32,000 nt of DNA from Sinorhizobium meliloti (lineage in GTDB: Bacteria > Pseudomonadota > Alphaproteobacteria > Rhizobiales > Rhizobiaceae): the NCBI RefSeq assembly GCF_017876815.1, contig NZ_JAGIOS010000002.1, positions 480,001 to 512,000 on the forward strand, written 5' to 3'. Of the stretch, positions 15,103 through 23,479 are shown piece by piece; the stretch's first letter is position 1; every line of letters begins with the position of its first letter. The notes beneath the pieces were generated by a model that was given only the letters and a program-made list of their open reading frames with translations, was not told the origin of the DNA and did not search any database. The position numbers were made by a program, and so were the translations under genes.

Positions 15103-15438
15103 ATGAGCACGAACAAGCATGGAGAACCGCGCCCGGGGGCTGATGCGCGCCCGCTCGATCCCCCGAGCGTCGACGAGCCGATCGACGCATGGGGGCGAGA
15201 TCGGAAGAGCGCGCCAGAGGTCGGAAACCAACTCGACGAACTGCGCGAGCGGATCGCCCGGCTTCAAGCCGAAATCGACGCCATCGCAACCGAGACCCAC
15301 ACGGCCGTCGGCACCGTGCCCGGAGCCGACAGGCTCGAAACAGCGAGAGACGTGGTTGCCGAAAAGCGCGACGAGATCAAGCGCCTGACGGCGCGTCTCG
15401 AAGAGATCGAGCGGACGCTTGGCGGCAGCGCCGCCTAG
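15103..15438 (+). CDS. 111-aa hypothetical protein with a predicted coiled-coil C-terminal half
   Basis: ATG 15103 is preceded by GGGAGG. Heptad-like LDELRERIARLQAEIDAIATE...EKRDEIKRLTARLEEIERTL. Confidence 0.6.
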   Translation: MSTNKHGEPRPGADARPLDPPSVDEPIDAWGRDRKSAPEVGNQLDELRERIARLQAEIDAIATETHTAVGTVPGADRLETARDVVAEKRDEIKRLTARLEEIERTLGGSAA

Positions 15439-15448
15439 TTTACTCGAT

Positions 15449-15625
15449 CTAAAACACGGTCATCCACACGCCGCGCCAGAAAAGCGAGTTCGGGTCATCG
15501 AGGCGTTCGCAATCGTCCGTCGCAGGCTTCCTGATCTTTGCAGATGCCGGCTTGCGGTCGTTTGCGGGAGGGACAGGGCGCCCTTCGCGTTCCGTCGCGG
15601 GCTCCGGTTTTTTGATCGTTAGCAT
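15449..15625 (-). CDS. Possible unannotated 58-aa ORF (below the track cutoff)
   Basis: My translation from ATG 15625-15623 reads MLTIKKPEPATEREGRPVPPANDRKPASAKIRKPATDDCERLDDPNSLFWRGVWMTVF, ending at TAG 15451-15449. AAGGA lies about 9 nt upstream. Third codon positions are GC-rich. It is on the same strand and downstream of 15705..15974. Confidence 0.3.
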   Translation of the reverse strand: MLTIKKPEPATEREGRPVPPANDRKPASAKIRKPATDDCERLDDPNSLFWRGVWMTVF

Positions 15626-15704
15626 CGCGAGATCCTTTCCGCCGTAAAGGCGTTTCCGGCCTCAAGTGCTCCTTCCGCTTCCGTCTCCGAGTTCCTTCTT
15701 CGGT

Positions 15705-15974
15705 TCAGTGCCGGTGAATGAATTTACAGAACCGGCTGGGTTGCCCGTCGTCAGTCATGTCCTGATGGAGGAAAGCCAGATTCTCCTCGTCGAAGATCTT
15801 GAAGAATTCGTCCCAGGAAATTTTCTCCAGCGTGTCTTCCGGCTTGCCGAAATCAACGCGGAGGAGACCACCACCGTCTTCGGTCGCGCCCTTCACGCGC
15901 GCCGGCTGTCCTTTGCGGGCCTCTATCCAATTGCGGATTGTGTCGTGGTCGATCGTAGTCATCGCAGCGGTCAT
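15705..15974 (-). CDS. 89-aa conserved hypothetical stress-type protein
   Basis: ATG 15974-15972 (MTAAMTTIDHDTIRNWIEARKGQPARVKG...ISWDEFFKIFDEENLAFLHQD) has GGAG 6 nt upstream. I recall this sequence type as a widespread uncharacterised small protein. Confidence 0.65.
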   Translation of the reverse strand: MTAAMTTIDHDTIRNWIEARKGQPARVKGATEDGGGLLRVDFGKPEDTLEKISWDEFFKIFDEENLAFLHQDMTDDGQPSRFCKFIHRH

Positions 15975-16068
15975 CGGAAACTCCATGAACTGGGATGCCG
16001 GAGGCGCCTCGAGCGCCATCTTCAGCGGCAGGGAACGCGGTGTGCCCTCACCGCGCCCTAGCTGTGTA

Positions 16069-16093
16069 AATCGATCGCTGCGCTTATTGTTCC
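16069..16093 (-). promoter_or_regulatory. EcfG-like promoter, GGAAC-N16-GATT
   Basis: The minus strand reads GGAAC AATAAGCGCAGCGATC GATT, 95 nt upstream of ATG 15974 and immediately after the DUF763 stop. Confidence 0.4.
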
Positions 16094-16096
16094 GCC

Positions 16097-17238
16097 TTAG
16101 CGCCGCGCGCGGTCGCCTGGCACCGCGGCGGTTGCCTCGTCGTCGTGCGGTTCCCAGCCGAATATGCTGCGCCCGCCGAAACGCGCGGAGTCCCTGAATT
16201 CGCCCGCGACGATCTCCTTGAGGTCGGGGCCCGTGACGTAGCGCTCCAGCCGGCGCGACTGCTCGTCGAGCCGCTTCAGCGCCGCAAGCTCTTCCTGGCG
16301 CCCGAGGCGGCCCTTGCTGACCGCTGATTTCATGATCCTGATCGTCTCGTCATAGACTTTCAACGGCACCGGGAACGGATGGCGGTCCTTGCCGCCATGG
16401 GCGAGCGAAAAGCGGGCGGGGTCCGAGAACCTGCATGGCGTCCCGTGGACCACCTCCGCGACCATCGCCAGCGCCTTGACCGTCCGCGCGCCGACGCCTG
16501 GCACCAGCAGCAGGTCCTTGAAGTCCTCCGGACCACGGTCGGCGGCGGCGGCGAAGTTGCCGTGAAGGCGCCGGAGATTGACGTCGCTTTCGCGCACGTC
16601 GTGATGGGTGGGCATGAAGAGATGAGGCAGCATCGGCTGTGCCAGCGCGGCCACAGGAGCCCCACGAGACTCGACCCGGGCGACCTCGCGCAGGAGCCCG
16701 TCGGGCCCGAGGGACTGGAGGAGATCCAGCTGCGCAGTCCGCGAGGCGGCGGCGCGGCGGTCGGCAAGATTGACGATCTCGCCCTGTTCTCTGCCTTCAA
16801 TCGCGCTATGCGGCGCGTCGACGAAGCTTGTCAGGCCCTCCGAGAGCCAGTGATAGCGCCTCGCCTGCCGGCGGTCGCCGTTCATGCCCTGCTGGACGAC
16901 CACCCACCTGGCATCGTCCGTGACGATGAAACCGTGCAGGTAGAGATCGAAGCCGTCCTGAACGGCGGCACTGTCGACCTTGGCGACGAGGCGGCTCGCT
17001 TCTGCCAATGCGCCGCCGTCGAAACCGACGCGATCGCCAATCGACACGAGTTCGCCCGGCGTCTTGCGGGAGTGCTGGCCGCGGCCGCCGCAGACATGGA
17101 TGCCCAGCTCGCCGGCAACCGGGGTGAGACCACGTTTCAACGCACCGATGACGCTCGTGGTGATACCGGAGGAATGCCAGTCCATGCCCATGACGGCACC
17201 GAAGGACTGGAACCAGAACGGATGCGCAAGCCGCCTTA
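16097..17238 (-). pseudogene. DUF763 protein, C-terminal ~380 codons, separated from its N-terminus by an IS insertion
   Basis: RLAHPFWFQSFGAVMGMDWHSSGITTSVIGALKRGL... matches DUF763 as I recall it. It contains an HhH-like motif, LLLVPGVGARTVKALAMVAE. The reading frame continues artefactually into the IS end (track ORF 16097..17536). Confidence 0.8.
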
Positions 17239-18171
17239 GAGTCGGACTCGAAAAGGTTTCAACGATATCCATATCTTGCAAGGCGTCTGGTGAGCATGCG
17301 GATGTGAGCGATGGTGATCCACGCTTCTGCTGAAGCGACGGATTTTTCGAAGTCCTTGGCCAGTCTGCGGCATCGACCCAGCCAGGCGAAGGTCCGCTCG
17401 ACGACCCAGCGGCGCGGCAGGATTTCAAAACCCTTGGCCTTGTCGGAACGTTTGATGATTTCGAGTGTCCATTTCCCGATTTTCTGCAGCCGCTTTTTGA
17501 GCTTGTCGCCCGCATAGCCGCCATCAGCGAAGACATGAAGCAACCACGGCCACCGGTTTTTGATGGATTTCAGGAGATCGGGAGCGCCGTCGCGATCCTG
17601 AATATCGGCGCTGTGCACCATGAGGCCGACCATCAGCCCGAGCGTGTCGACAATGATGTGGCGCTTGCGGCCCTTAATCTTCTTGCCTGCATCAAAGCCA
17701 CGGATACCGCCGCTTTCCGTCGTTTTAACGCTTTGGCTGTCGATCGCGCCCGCTGTCGGCGAGGCTTCTTTCCCCTCCAATTCCCGCGCCTCCATGACGA
17801 GGTGATGGTTGATCCGTGGCCAAAGACCCATTGCCCGCCATTCATAGAAATATCGCTGCACCGTCGAACAGGGCGGAAAGTCCTTCGGCAGCATCCGCCA
17901 CTGGCAGCCTGTCGAAGCGATATAGAGAAGGGCGTTTAAAACATCGCGCAAATCAGTCTTGCGCGGACGACCCAGACGCCGTGGCGCAGGCATGAACGGT
18001 GCAACAAAATCCCATTCGCGATCCGTGACATCGCTTGCATATCCGCTCGTCCGCCGGACATAATTGCGCCGGGTGGTTTCAGTCCAGGCCATCGTGATCT
18101 CCATCGAATCTTTGCAAATCCGACGGAATCACAACTGGCTGAAATCACTCAATTCTTTTTGAGGCAGCCTC
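17239..18171 (-). mobile_element. IS5-family insertion sequence, 933 bp, with a 3-bp TTA target duplication
   Basis: The ends are GAGTCGGACTCGAAAAGG (17239-) and the reverse complement of the right end, GAGGCTGCCTCAAAAAGA (-18171), matching at 13 of 18 positions. TTA is present at 17236-17238 and 18172-18174. It carries a single DDE transposase ORF. Size and the TNA duplication resemble the IS1031/IS427 subgroups (inference). Confidence 0.85.
17259..18092 (-). CDS. IS5-family DDE transposase
   Basis: MAWTETTRRNYVRR...DREWDFVAPFMP...GRPRKTDLRDVLNALLYIASTGCQWRMLPKDFPP..TVQRYFYEW...IDSQSVKT...VFADGGY...RWVVERTFAWL. GGAG lies 8 nt before ATG 18092. The track start at 18104 is an alternative. Confidence 0.9.
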   Translation of the reverse strand: MAWTETTRRNYVRRTSGYASDVTDREWDFVAPFMPAPRRLGRPRKTDLRDVLNALLYIASTGCQWRMLPKDFPPCSTVQRYFYEWRAMGLWPRINHHLVMEARELEGKEASPTAGAIDSQSVKTTESGGIRGFDAGKKIKGRKRHIIVDTLGLMVGLMVHSADIQDRDGAPDLLKSIKNRWPWLLHVFADGGYAGDKLKKRLQKIGKWTLEIIKRSDKAKGFEILPRRWVVERTFAWLGRCRRLAKDFEKSVASAEAWITIAHIRMLTRRLARYGYR

Positions 18172-18310
18172 TTAGGAACTCGTCGCGTCCATAGTGATGA
18201 ACGACCGCTTCGGTGACCAGCGCTCCGAGGCGCGTCATTCGGTCGCCGAGCCATCGCGGCACGCGGCCGCCATGCAGCGGGAGATCCGCGTTGCCTGCTC
18301 TTTGAGCCAT
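18172..18310 (-). pseudogene. DUF763 N-terminal fragment (about 46 codons)
   Basis: [46 protein letters not shown], then the IS junction. Deleting 17236-18171 restores ...GRDEFLRRLAHPFWFQSFG... in frame. The start could also be ATG 18328. Confidence 0.75.
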
Positions 18311-18620
18311 AGTATTTCCATTCGTCATCCCGGCCGACAGGGCGCGTCGCCATCCGGAGTCGCGTCGGTCGCGTCGATCCACTTAACATAGTGGAATTTA
18401 GAGCACGAAGCGAAAAACGCAGAACATGAGGGCGCGTTGTACGCGACGAAGCCTTGAGATCGAGTTGCGATCCTAAGACGACGACGCCGCGGATCGAAGG
18501 CAATCCGCCAGCCGGAGGCGATGGGAGCACCACAGTGCGAGCGCGATGAGCCTTCGCACTGCAGCCCGCCTCCTCCGGCGGCCGCCTTCGATCACGACCC
18601 TCCAATATGCCGTCGCCTGC

Positions 18621-19058
18621 CTAGCCGACGAACATCTGGCGCAACCGAGCAAACAGGCCTGGCTGTTTCTCTACAAGCATTGCGCGGATGTGGCGGGCGG
18701 CCGTCGATGCGCTGACCGTCGCGCCGAAATGGCAATAGCAGATGACCTTATGTAATTGCTCGTCGCTCAGCTCGAAGAACCGCCTGGCTTCACCGTAGCT
18801 GTCGTTCTCCATCCCGGCAGTCCGGAGGACCGGATCCTCGAAGGCGACGGAGATCGGCGAACCGTCGCCGCGCATGGCCGCGCGGACTCTCGCTGGCTGA
18901 TACTCTGTCTCGTGCAGCGTCGAAAGGCGTCTGTGAGGGTCCCGTTCCAGGAGTTCCGCCCAACGCTCAAGGCGCTCCTTGCGCGATAACGTCCGTCGCG
19001 GCAGGTCCTGCTTGACCTCGGCGACGCCCTGTAACTGCTCGATTGCTTGGTGCTTCAT
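18621..19058 (-). CDS. 145-aa hypothetical protein
   Basis: GGAGG lies 5 nt before ATG 19058. GC3-rich codon usage. No family recognised. Confidence 0.6.
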   Translation of the reverse strand: MKHQAIEQLQGVAEVKQDLPRRTLSRKERLERWAELLERDPHRRLSTLHETEYQPARVRAAMRGDGSPISVAFEDPVLRTAGMENDSYGEARRFFELSDEQLHKVICYCHFGATVSASTAARHIRAMLVEKQPGLFARLRQMFVG

Positions 19059-19202
19059 TGCGACCTCCTACTCTAACGATAGTTGGTCCCCCAATTTCCA
19101 CCTCGTAGGCCTGATCAGCGTGACTCCAACCGGTCGGGAAGTCCAATCACGAAAATAGATCATGCCAAATTTGGCGCATGACGTTGCCCGCCGCGGCGGT
19201 CG

Positions 19203-20078
19203 TCACCCCTTGACGGCGCCGGACGTCAACCCCGCCACGATCTTGCGCTGGAAGATCAGGACGAGAACGAGCAGCGGCAGCGTCACCGTGACGGACGCGG
19301 CCATGATCTGGCCGAACGGATATTCATAGCGGCTGCTGCCTGTCAGAAGGCCGATCGCTACCGGAACCGTCCGGTTCTCGTCGGTCAGGATGAAGGTGAG
19401 CGCAAAGAGGAATTCGTTCCATGCAAGGATGAACGACAGCAGACCGGTGCTGGCAATCGCAGGCCCCATCAGCGGCAGCAGCACGTGGGTGAGGATGCGC
19501 AGGCGCGAACAGCCGTCGATGAGCGCCGCCTCCTCCAATTCGTTCGGCAGGTCACGGATGAAGCTCGTCAGGATCCATGTCGTAAAGGGCAAAGTGAGAA
19601 TGAGATAGGAGACGATCAGCGCCGACGGCCGATTGTAGAGCCCGAGCCATCCGATCACCTCGAACATTCCCGAAAGCACCACCACTTGCGGAAAGACCGA
19701 GATCATGAGAACGGCGATCAGAACGATGCGGCCCGGCGGGAAATGCAGCCGGCCGAGCGCGTAAGCCGCAAGAATGCCGATGACAAGGGAGACCGCCGTA
19801 CTGACAAGCGCGACCACGCCGGAATTGACGAGCGCGCCCATGAATACCGGATTGTCGAACAATTGCCTGTAGTTGCTGAAATCGAGCGCCGGCAGCAGAG
19901 TGAACTGGTAAAGCGCCTGCCCCGTCTTGGTCGAGGAGACGATCGCCCAGTAATAGGGAAACAGCATGTAGACGAGGACGGCCGCCACGCCGGCATAGAG
20001 TCCGGCCGTCTTTACGCGGCGCAAGGTCCGGTAAGTCGCGTTCGAATAGCGCCTCGTGGTGCCTGCGCTCACCGTCAT
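19203..20078 (-). CDS. Carbohydrate ABC transporter permease (MalG/UgpE-like)
   Basis: Start at ATG 20078 (MTVSAGTTRRY...), with GAGGGGG upstream. EAA loop IRDLPNELEEAALIDGCSRLRIL. The 611-aa track ORF is a read-through artefact. Confidence 0.9.
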   Translation of the reverse strand: MTVSAGTTRRYSNATYRTLRRVKTAGLYAGVAAVLVYMLFPYYWAIVSSTKTGQALYQFTLLPALDFSNYRQLFDNPVFMGALVNSGVVALVSTAVSLVIGILAAYALGRLHFPPGRIVLIAVLMISVFPQVVVLSGMFEVIGWLGLYNRPSALIVSYLILTLPFTTWILTSFIRDLPNELEEAALIDGCSRLRILTHVLLPLMGPAIASTGLLSFILAWNEFLFALTFILTDENRTVPVAIGLLTGSSRYEYPFGQIMAASVTVTLPLLVLVLIFQRKIVAGLTSGAVKG

Positions 20079-20089
20079 CGATAGCCCCC

Positions 20090-20983
20090 TCAGCCTGTCG
20101 CCCGATCGAGGCGCAAAAGCCCGACGATGACGATAGCGATCAGTCCGATGATCATGAACACCCAGGTGGAAGCAGCGGCTCCAAGGCCGAGGTCCTGAAA
20201 GCTGATGAGCTGGTCGCGCGCATAGATCGACATCGTCATCGTGTTTTCGTTGTTGGCCGCAAGCACGTAGCTCAGATCGAACATGCGGAGCGCATCGAGC
20301 GTGCGGAAGAGTATCGCGACACCGATCGCCGGCGTCGCGAGCGGCAAGGTTATAGACCAGAAGCGTTTCCACTGCGGCACGCCGGAAACGTCGGCTGCCT
20401 CGTAGATTTCCTCGGGGATCAGTTGCAGGCCGGCGAGAATGAGGAGCACCATGAACGGCGTCGTCACCCAGACATCGATAAAGATCACCGTCCCGAGGAT
20501 CAGCGAAGGATCGGCTGTCCAAGCGACGCCCTTTTCGACGAGTCCCAACGCGACCAGGAGCTTGTTGATCAGGCCGAACTGATCGTTGAGCATCCATTCC
20601 CAGATCCGGGCCGAGACGACCATCGGCATCGCCCAGGGAATGAGGATCGCCGCCCGCACGATGCCGCGGCCGAGAAAAGCGCGGTGCAGGAGCAAGGCGA
20701 TCGCAAGTCCGAGAAGCGTCTCCAACCCGACGGATACGAGCGTGAAGACGAGCGTGTTCCTGACCGCGCCCCAGAACACCGGATCTTCGGCGACTTCCAC
20801 GAAGTTCTCGATACCCACGAAGCCGTAGTCCGAAGGGGCGTCGAGATAAGCGTCGGTGAAGGAGAAGAAAATGCTGCGGGCGAGCGGCCATATCGCCACG
20901 GCCATCAGCGTCAGCAGCAACGGGAGCAGGAATATCCATGCGGTGCGGCGTTGCTGCCGCTCCATCCGGCGGGCGGCGTTCAC
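20090..20983 (-). CDS. Carbohydrate ABC transporter permease (MalF/UgpA-like)
   Basis: 297 aa, 6 TM, EAA loop IPEEIYEAADVSGVPQWKRFWSITLPL. The GTG start overlaps the ATPase stop (GTGA). ATG 20965 is an alternative start. Confidence 0.88.
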   Translation of the reverse strand: MNAARRMERQQRRTAWIFLLPLLLTLMAVAIWPLARSIFFSFTDAYLDAPSDYGFVGIENFVEVAEDPVFWGAVRNTLVFTLVSVGLETLLGLAIALLLHRAFLGRGIVRAAILIPWAMPMVVSARIWEWMLNDQFGLINKLLVALGLVEKGVAWTADPSLILGTVIFIDVWVTTPFMVLLILAGLQLIPEEIYEAADVSGVPQWKRFWSITLPLATPAIGVAILFRTLDALRMFDLSYVLAANNENTMTMSIYARDQLISFQDLGLGAAASTWVFMIIGLIAIVIVGLLRLDRATG

Positions 20984-22092
20984 GACGAGGCTCCAAGGGC
21001 CAATGAAACGCTCGCGCGGTGATCGATGCGCCGGCCATCCTCTCCGAAGAGGTAGAGACTTTCCGGTTGCCAGCTCAGGCCGACGGGGTCCCCGGGGGCT
21101 ATTTGCGGTGGACTTCCCGTTGAACGAACCGTCCAGACCAGCGTCTCGGTGAGCCGCACATAGCAGACATATTCATAGCCGAGGTCCTCCATGCGCTCGA
21201 AGGTCCCGCGGATCGCACCTTTCGTTTCGGCACCGACAAGCTTCAAAGCCTCCGGCCGCAAGCCGATTTCCGCAGGCCTTCCTTCGGCCGCGACGTACTC
21301 TGCGGCGTAGGCGAAGCCGCCGGCTCCCCTCAGAACCGTAGCCGCGGGGGCGGTCGCTTCGAGCGGGGCGAAATTCATTCTAGGGCTGCCGAGAAAGCCG
21401 GCAACGAAGCGATTTTCCGGCCGGTCGTAAAGCTCGCGCGGCCGCCCCACCTGCTCGATCTGCCCGTGGTTGAGAATGACTATCCGATCGGCGAGCGTCA
21501 TCGCTTCCGTCTGGTCGTGGGTGACATAGATCATCGTCGTCTTGACGTCGGCGTGCAGCTTGGCGATCTCGAAGCGCATTTCCATGCGCAGGTCCGCGTC
21601 GAGATTGGAAAGCGGCTCGTCGAAGAGGAAGACTTCCGGTTGGCCGACCAGCGCACGGCCGATCGCCACGCGTTGCCGCTGACCGCCGGAAAGCTGGCGC
21701 GGCCGACGCTCGAGCAGGTGACCGATCTTCAGCATGTCCGCGACCCTGGCGACACGGTGACGGATTTCATCCTTGCCGAGCCGCGCCGTTTCCAACGCAA
21801 AGCCGATGTTTCGCGCCACATTCATATGCGGGTAGAGCGCGTATGACTGGAAGACGAAGGCAAGCCCACGTTTGGACGCCGGCACGTCCGTCACCTGGTC
21901 GCCGCCGATAAACACGTCGCCACCGGAAACCGGCACGAGGCCGGCGATCAGTCGCAGAAGCGTCGACTTTCCGCAACCGGATGGGCCGACGAAGACGACG
22001 AACTCGCCGTCCTCGATCTCGAGATCGATGGAGCGGATCACGTCATAGGTGCCGAAGGTCTTGCTGACATTCTTCAGGGAGACCGAAGCCAT
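20980..22092 (-). CDS. Sugar ABC transporter ATP-binding protein (MalK/UgpC-like)
   Basis: ATG 22092 (MASVSLKNVSKTF...). Walker A GPSGCGKST, signature LSGGQRQRVAIGRAL, Walker B FLFDEPLSNLD, and a C-terminal regulatory domain. Confidence 0.92.
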   Translation of the reverse strand: MASVSLKNVSKTFGTYDVIRSIDLEIEDGEFVVFVGPSGCGKSTLLRLIAGLVPVSGGDVFIGGDQVTDVPASKRGLAFVFQSYALYPHMNVARNIGFALETARLGKDEIRHRVARVADMLKIGHLLERRPRQLSGGQRQRVAIGRALVGQPEVFLFDEPLSNLDADLRMEMRFEIAKLHADVKTTMIYVTHDQTEAMTLADRIVILNHGQIEQVGRPRELYDRPENRFVAGFLGSPRMNFAPLEATAPAATVLRGAGGFAYAAEYVAAEGRPAEIGLRPEALKLVGAETKGAIRGTFERMEDLGYEYVCYVRLTETLVWTVRSTGSPPQIAPGDPVGLSWQPESLYLFGEDGRRIDHRASVSLALGASS

Positions 22093-22181
22093 TCCATTCC
22101 CTTCCAGGCCTTTCGCGGCAGCGCGTCCAACGCAGCCGGTTCGATGAGGCGCCCCCGGCCCGGCCGAGGGCGCAGCTCTCG

Positions 22182-23444
22182 TCATTTCGCCTTCACGTCT
22201 CGCTCGAGGCGGCGCTCGAGGTCGGCGAGCTCCTTGGCGACATCGTCCTTGCCGGAGATGATGTCGTGAACGGCCCGGTAGAAGGTGCGGGAAACACGGT
22301 TATAGTTCTTGCCTGTCGCAGCCGACGGACGTGCGACCGATTCCTCGAAGGCGGTCTTCGCCATGCCGAGGAACGGGATCTTCGCCAGCACATCGGCGTC
22401 CTCGTAGAGCGCCTCGACGGTCGGATTGTAGCCGCCTTCGATCGCACGCATCTTCTGGTCTTCCGCGCCGACCATATAGCGCAGCAGCTCCGCTGCAAGC
22501 TCCGGCTTCTTGGAATATTTTGAGACGCCGAGATAGGCCGTGCCGAGCGCGCCGCTCGACTTCTGCCCTTCTGCGCCGACGGGAAGCGGGCTCACTCCGA
22601 CCTTACCAACGAGCTTGCCACCCTCGGCCTGCGACGTTCCCCAGACATAGGGCCAGTTGCGGTGGAATACGGCATTACCGCTCTCGAAGAGGGCGCGTGA
22701 GTTTTCCTCGTCATAGTTCAAGACCCCCTCGGGCGAGATCGTACCGATCCAGCCGCGGGCACGGGTGAGCGCCGCCTCCGTCTGCGGATTGTTGATCGTC
22801 ACCTCACCGTCGCCGGAAAGAATGGTGCCGCCGCCAGCGGAAGCGATCCACTCCAGAGCATCGCAGGTCAGGCCTTCATAGCTCCTGCCCTGCCAGGAAT
22901 AGCCCCAGATGTCCGGGCTGCCGGCCTTGCGCTCCGCGTCCTGGATCTCCTTGGCTGTCGCCGTCAGCTCGTCCCAGGTCTTCGGCGGCTGCTTGCCGTA
23001 TTTCTCCAGAAGGTCCTTGCGATAGAACATGAGGCCCGTATCGATGTAGAAGGGCATCGACAGGAGCTTGCCGTCGAGGCGCGCCGCATCCGCGGCAGAG
23101 GCGAAATGCGCCGTCACCTCGTTCTCGGGTACGAGAGAGGTCAGATCGAGGAGATGATCCTTGAACATGCCGAGCCAGATGACGTCGATATAGAGGACGT
23201 CCATGTCGGACGACTGGGCCGCGAACAATTGCTGATAGATCGGAATGGCGTCGTCGAGGTTCTGCGGCATCCGGTTGAGCTTCACCTCGTGCCCGGTGTC
23301 TTTCGTCCATTTCTGGACGGCCTTCTCGCACAGTTCGTAGTCGGTCGCCGAACAGAACATCGACACGGTGTCCGCCTTTGCCGGAAAGGCCGATGCGACG
23401 GCAAAAACGGTCATGCCTGCGAGTGTTTTCAACATATGCTTCAT
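22182..23444 (-). CDS. Extracellular solute-binding protein of a carbohydrate ABC transporter
   Basis: ATG 23444 is preceded by GAGGGA. Signal peptide MKHMLKTLAGMTVFAVASAFPAKA. Family-1 SBP-like body. Confidence 0.88.
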   Translation of the reverse strand: MKHMLKTLAGMTVFAVASAFPAKADTVSMFCSATDYELCEKAVQKWTKDTGHEVKLNRMPQNLDDAIPIYQQLFAAQSSDMDVLYIDVIWLGMFKDHLLDLTSLVPENEVTAHFASAADAARLDGKLLSMPFYIDTGLMFYRKDLLEKYGKQPPKTWDELTATAKEIQDAERKAGSPDIWGYSWQGRSYEGLTCDALEWIASAGGGTILSGDGEVTINNPQTEAALTRARGWIGTISPEGVLNYDEENSRALFESGNAVFHRNWPYVWGTSQAEGGKLVGKVGVSPLPVGAEGQKSSGALGTAYLGVSKYSKKPELAAELLRYMVGAEDQKMRAIEGGYNPTVEALYEDADVLAKIPFLGMAKTAFEESVARPSAATGKNYNRVSRTFYRAVHDIISGKDDVAKELADLERRLERDVKAK

Positions 23445-23479
23445 GTTCGTTCCCTCATTTGTTCTCTTGTGAACGCAAG

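Noticed and set aside
17239-17536. Upstream extension of ORF 16097..17536
   Set aside because: It is a chimeric reading frame running from the DUF763 fragment into the IS and overlapping the transposase 3' end, so it is not a native N-terminus.
18395-18430. Possible third, degenerate copy of the dispersed GGAAAACCGC...repeat family
   Set aside because: My hand alignment matches only about 13 of 22 positions, which is not convincing without a genome-wide comparison.
19074-19098. GGAAA-N16-CGTT near-match upstream of the 145-aa gene
   Set aside because: The -35 is imperfect. The -10 ends only 16 nt from the ATG, which would put the transcription start inside or after the Shine-Dalgarno sequence. 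I do not count it as a stress promoter.
20079-21038. N-terminal 320 codons of the 611-aa ORF 19203..21038
   Set aside because: This part is a frame read-through across the upstream permease gene. The real MalG-like permease starts at ATG 20078 with its own Shine-Dalgarno sequence.
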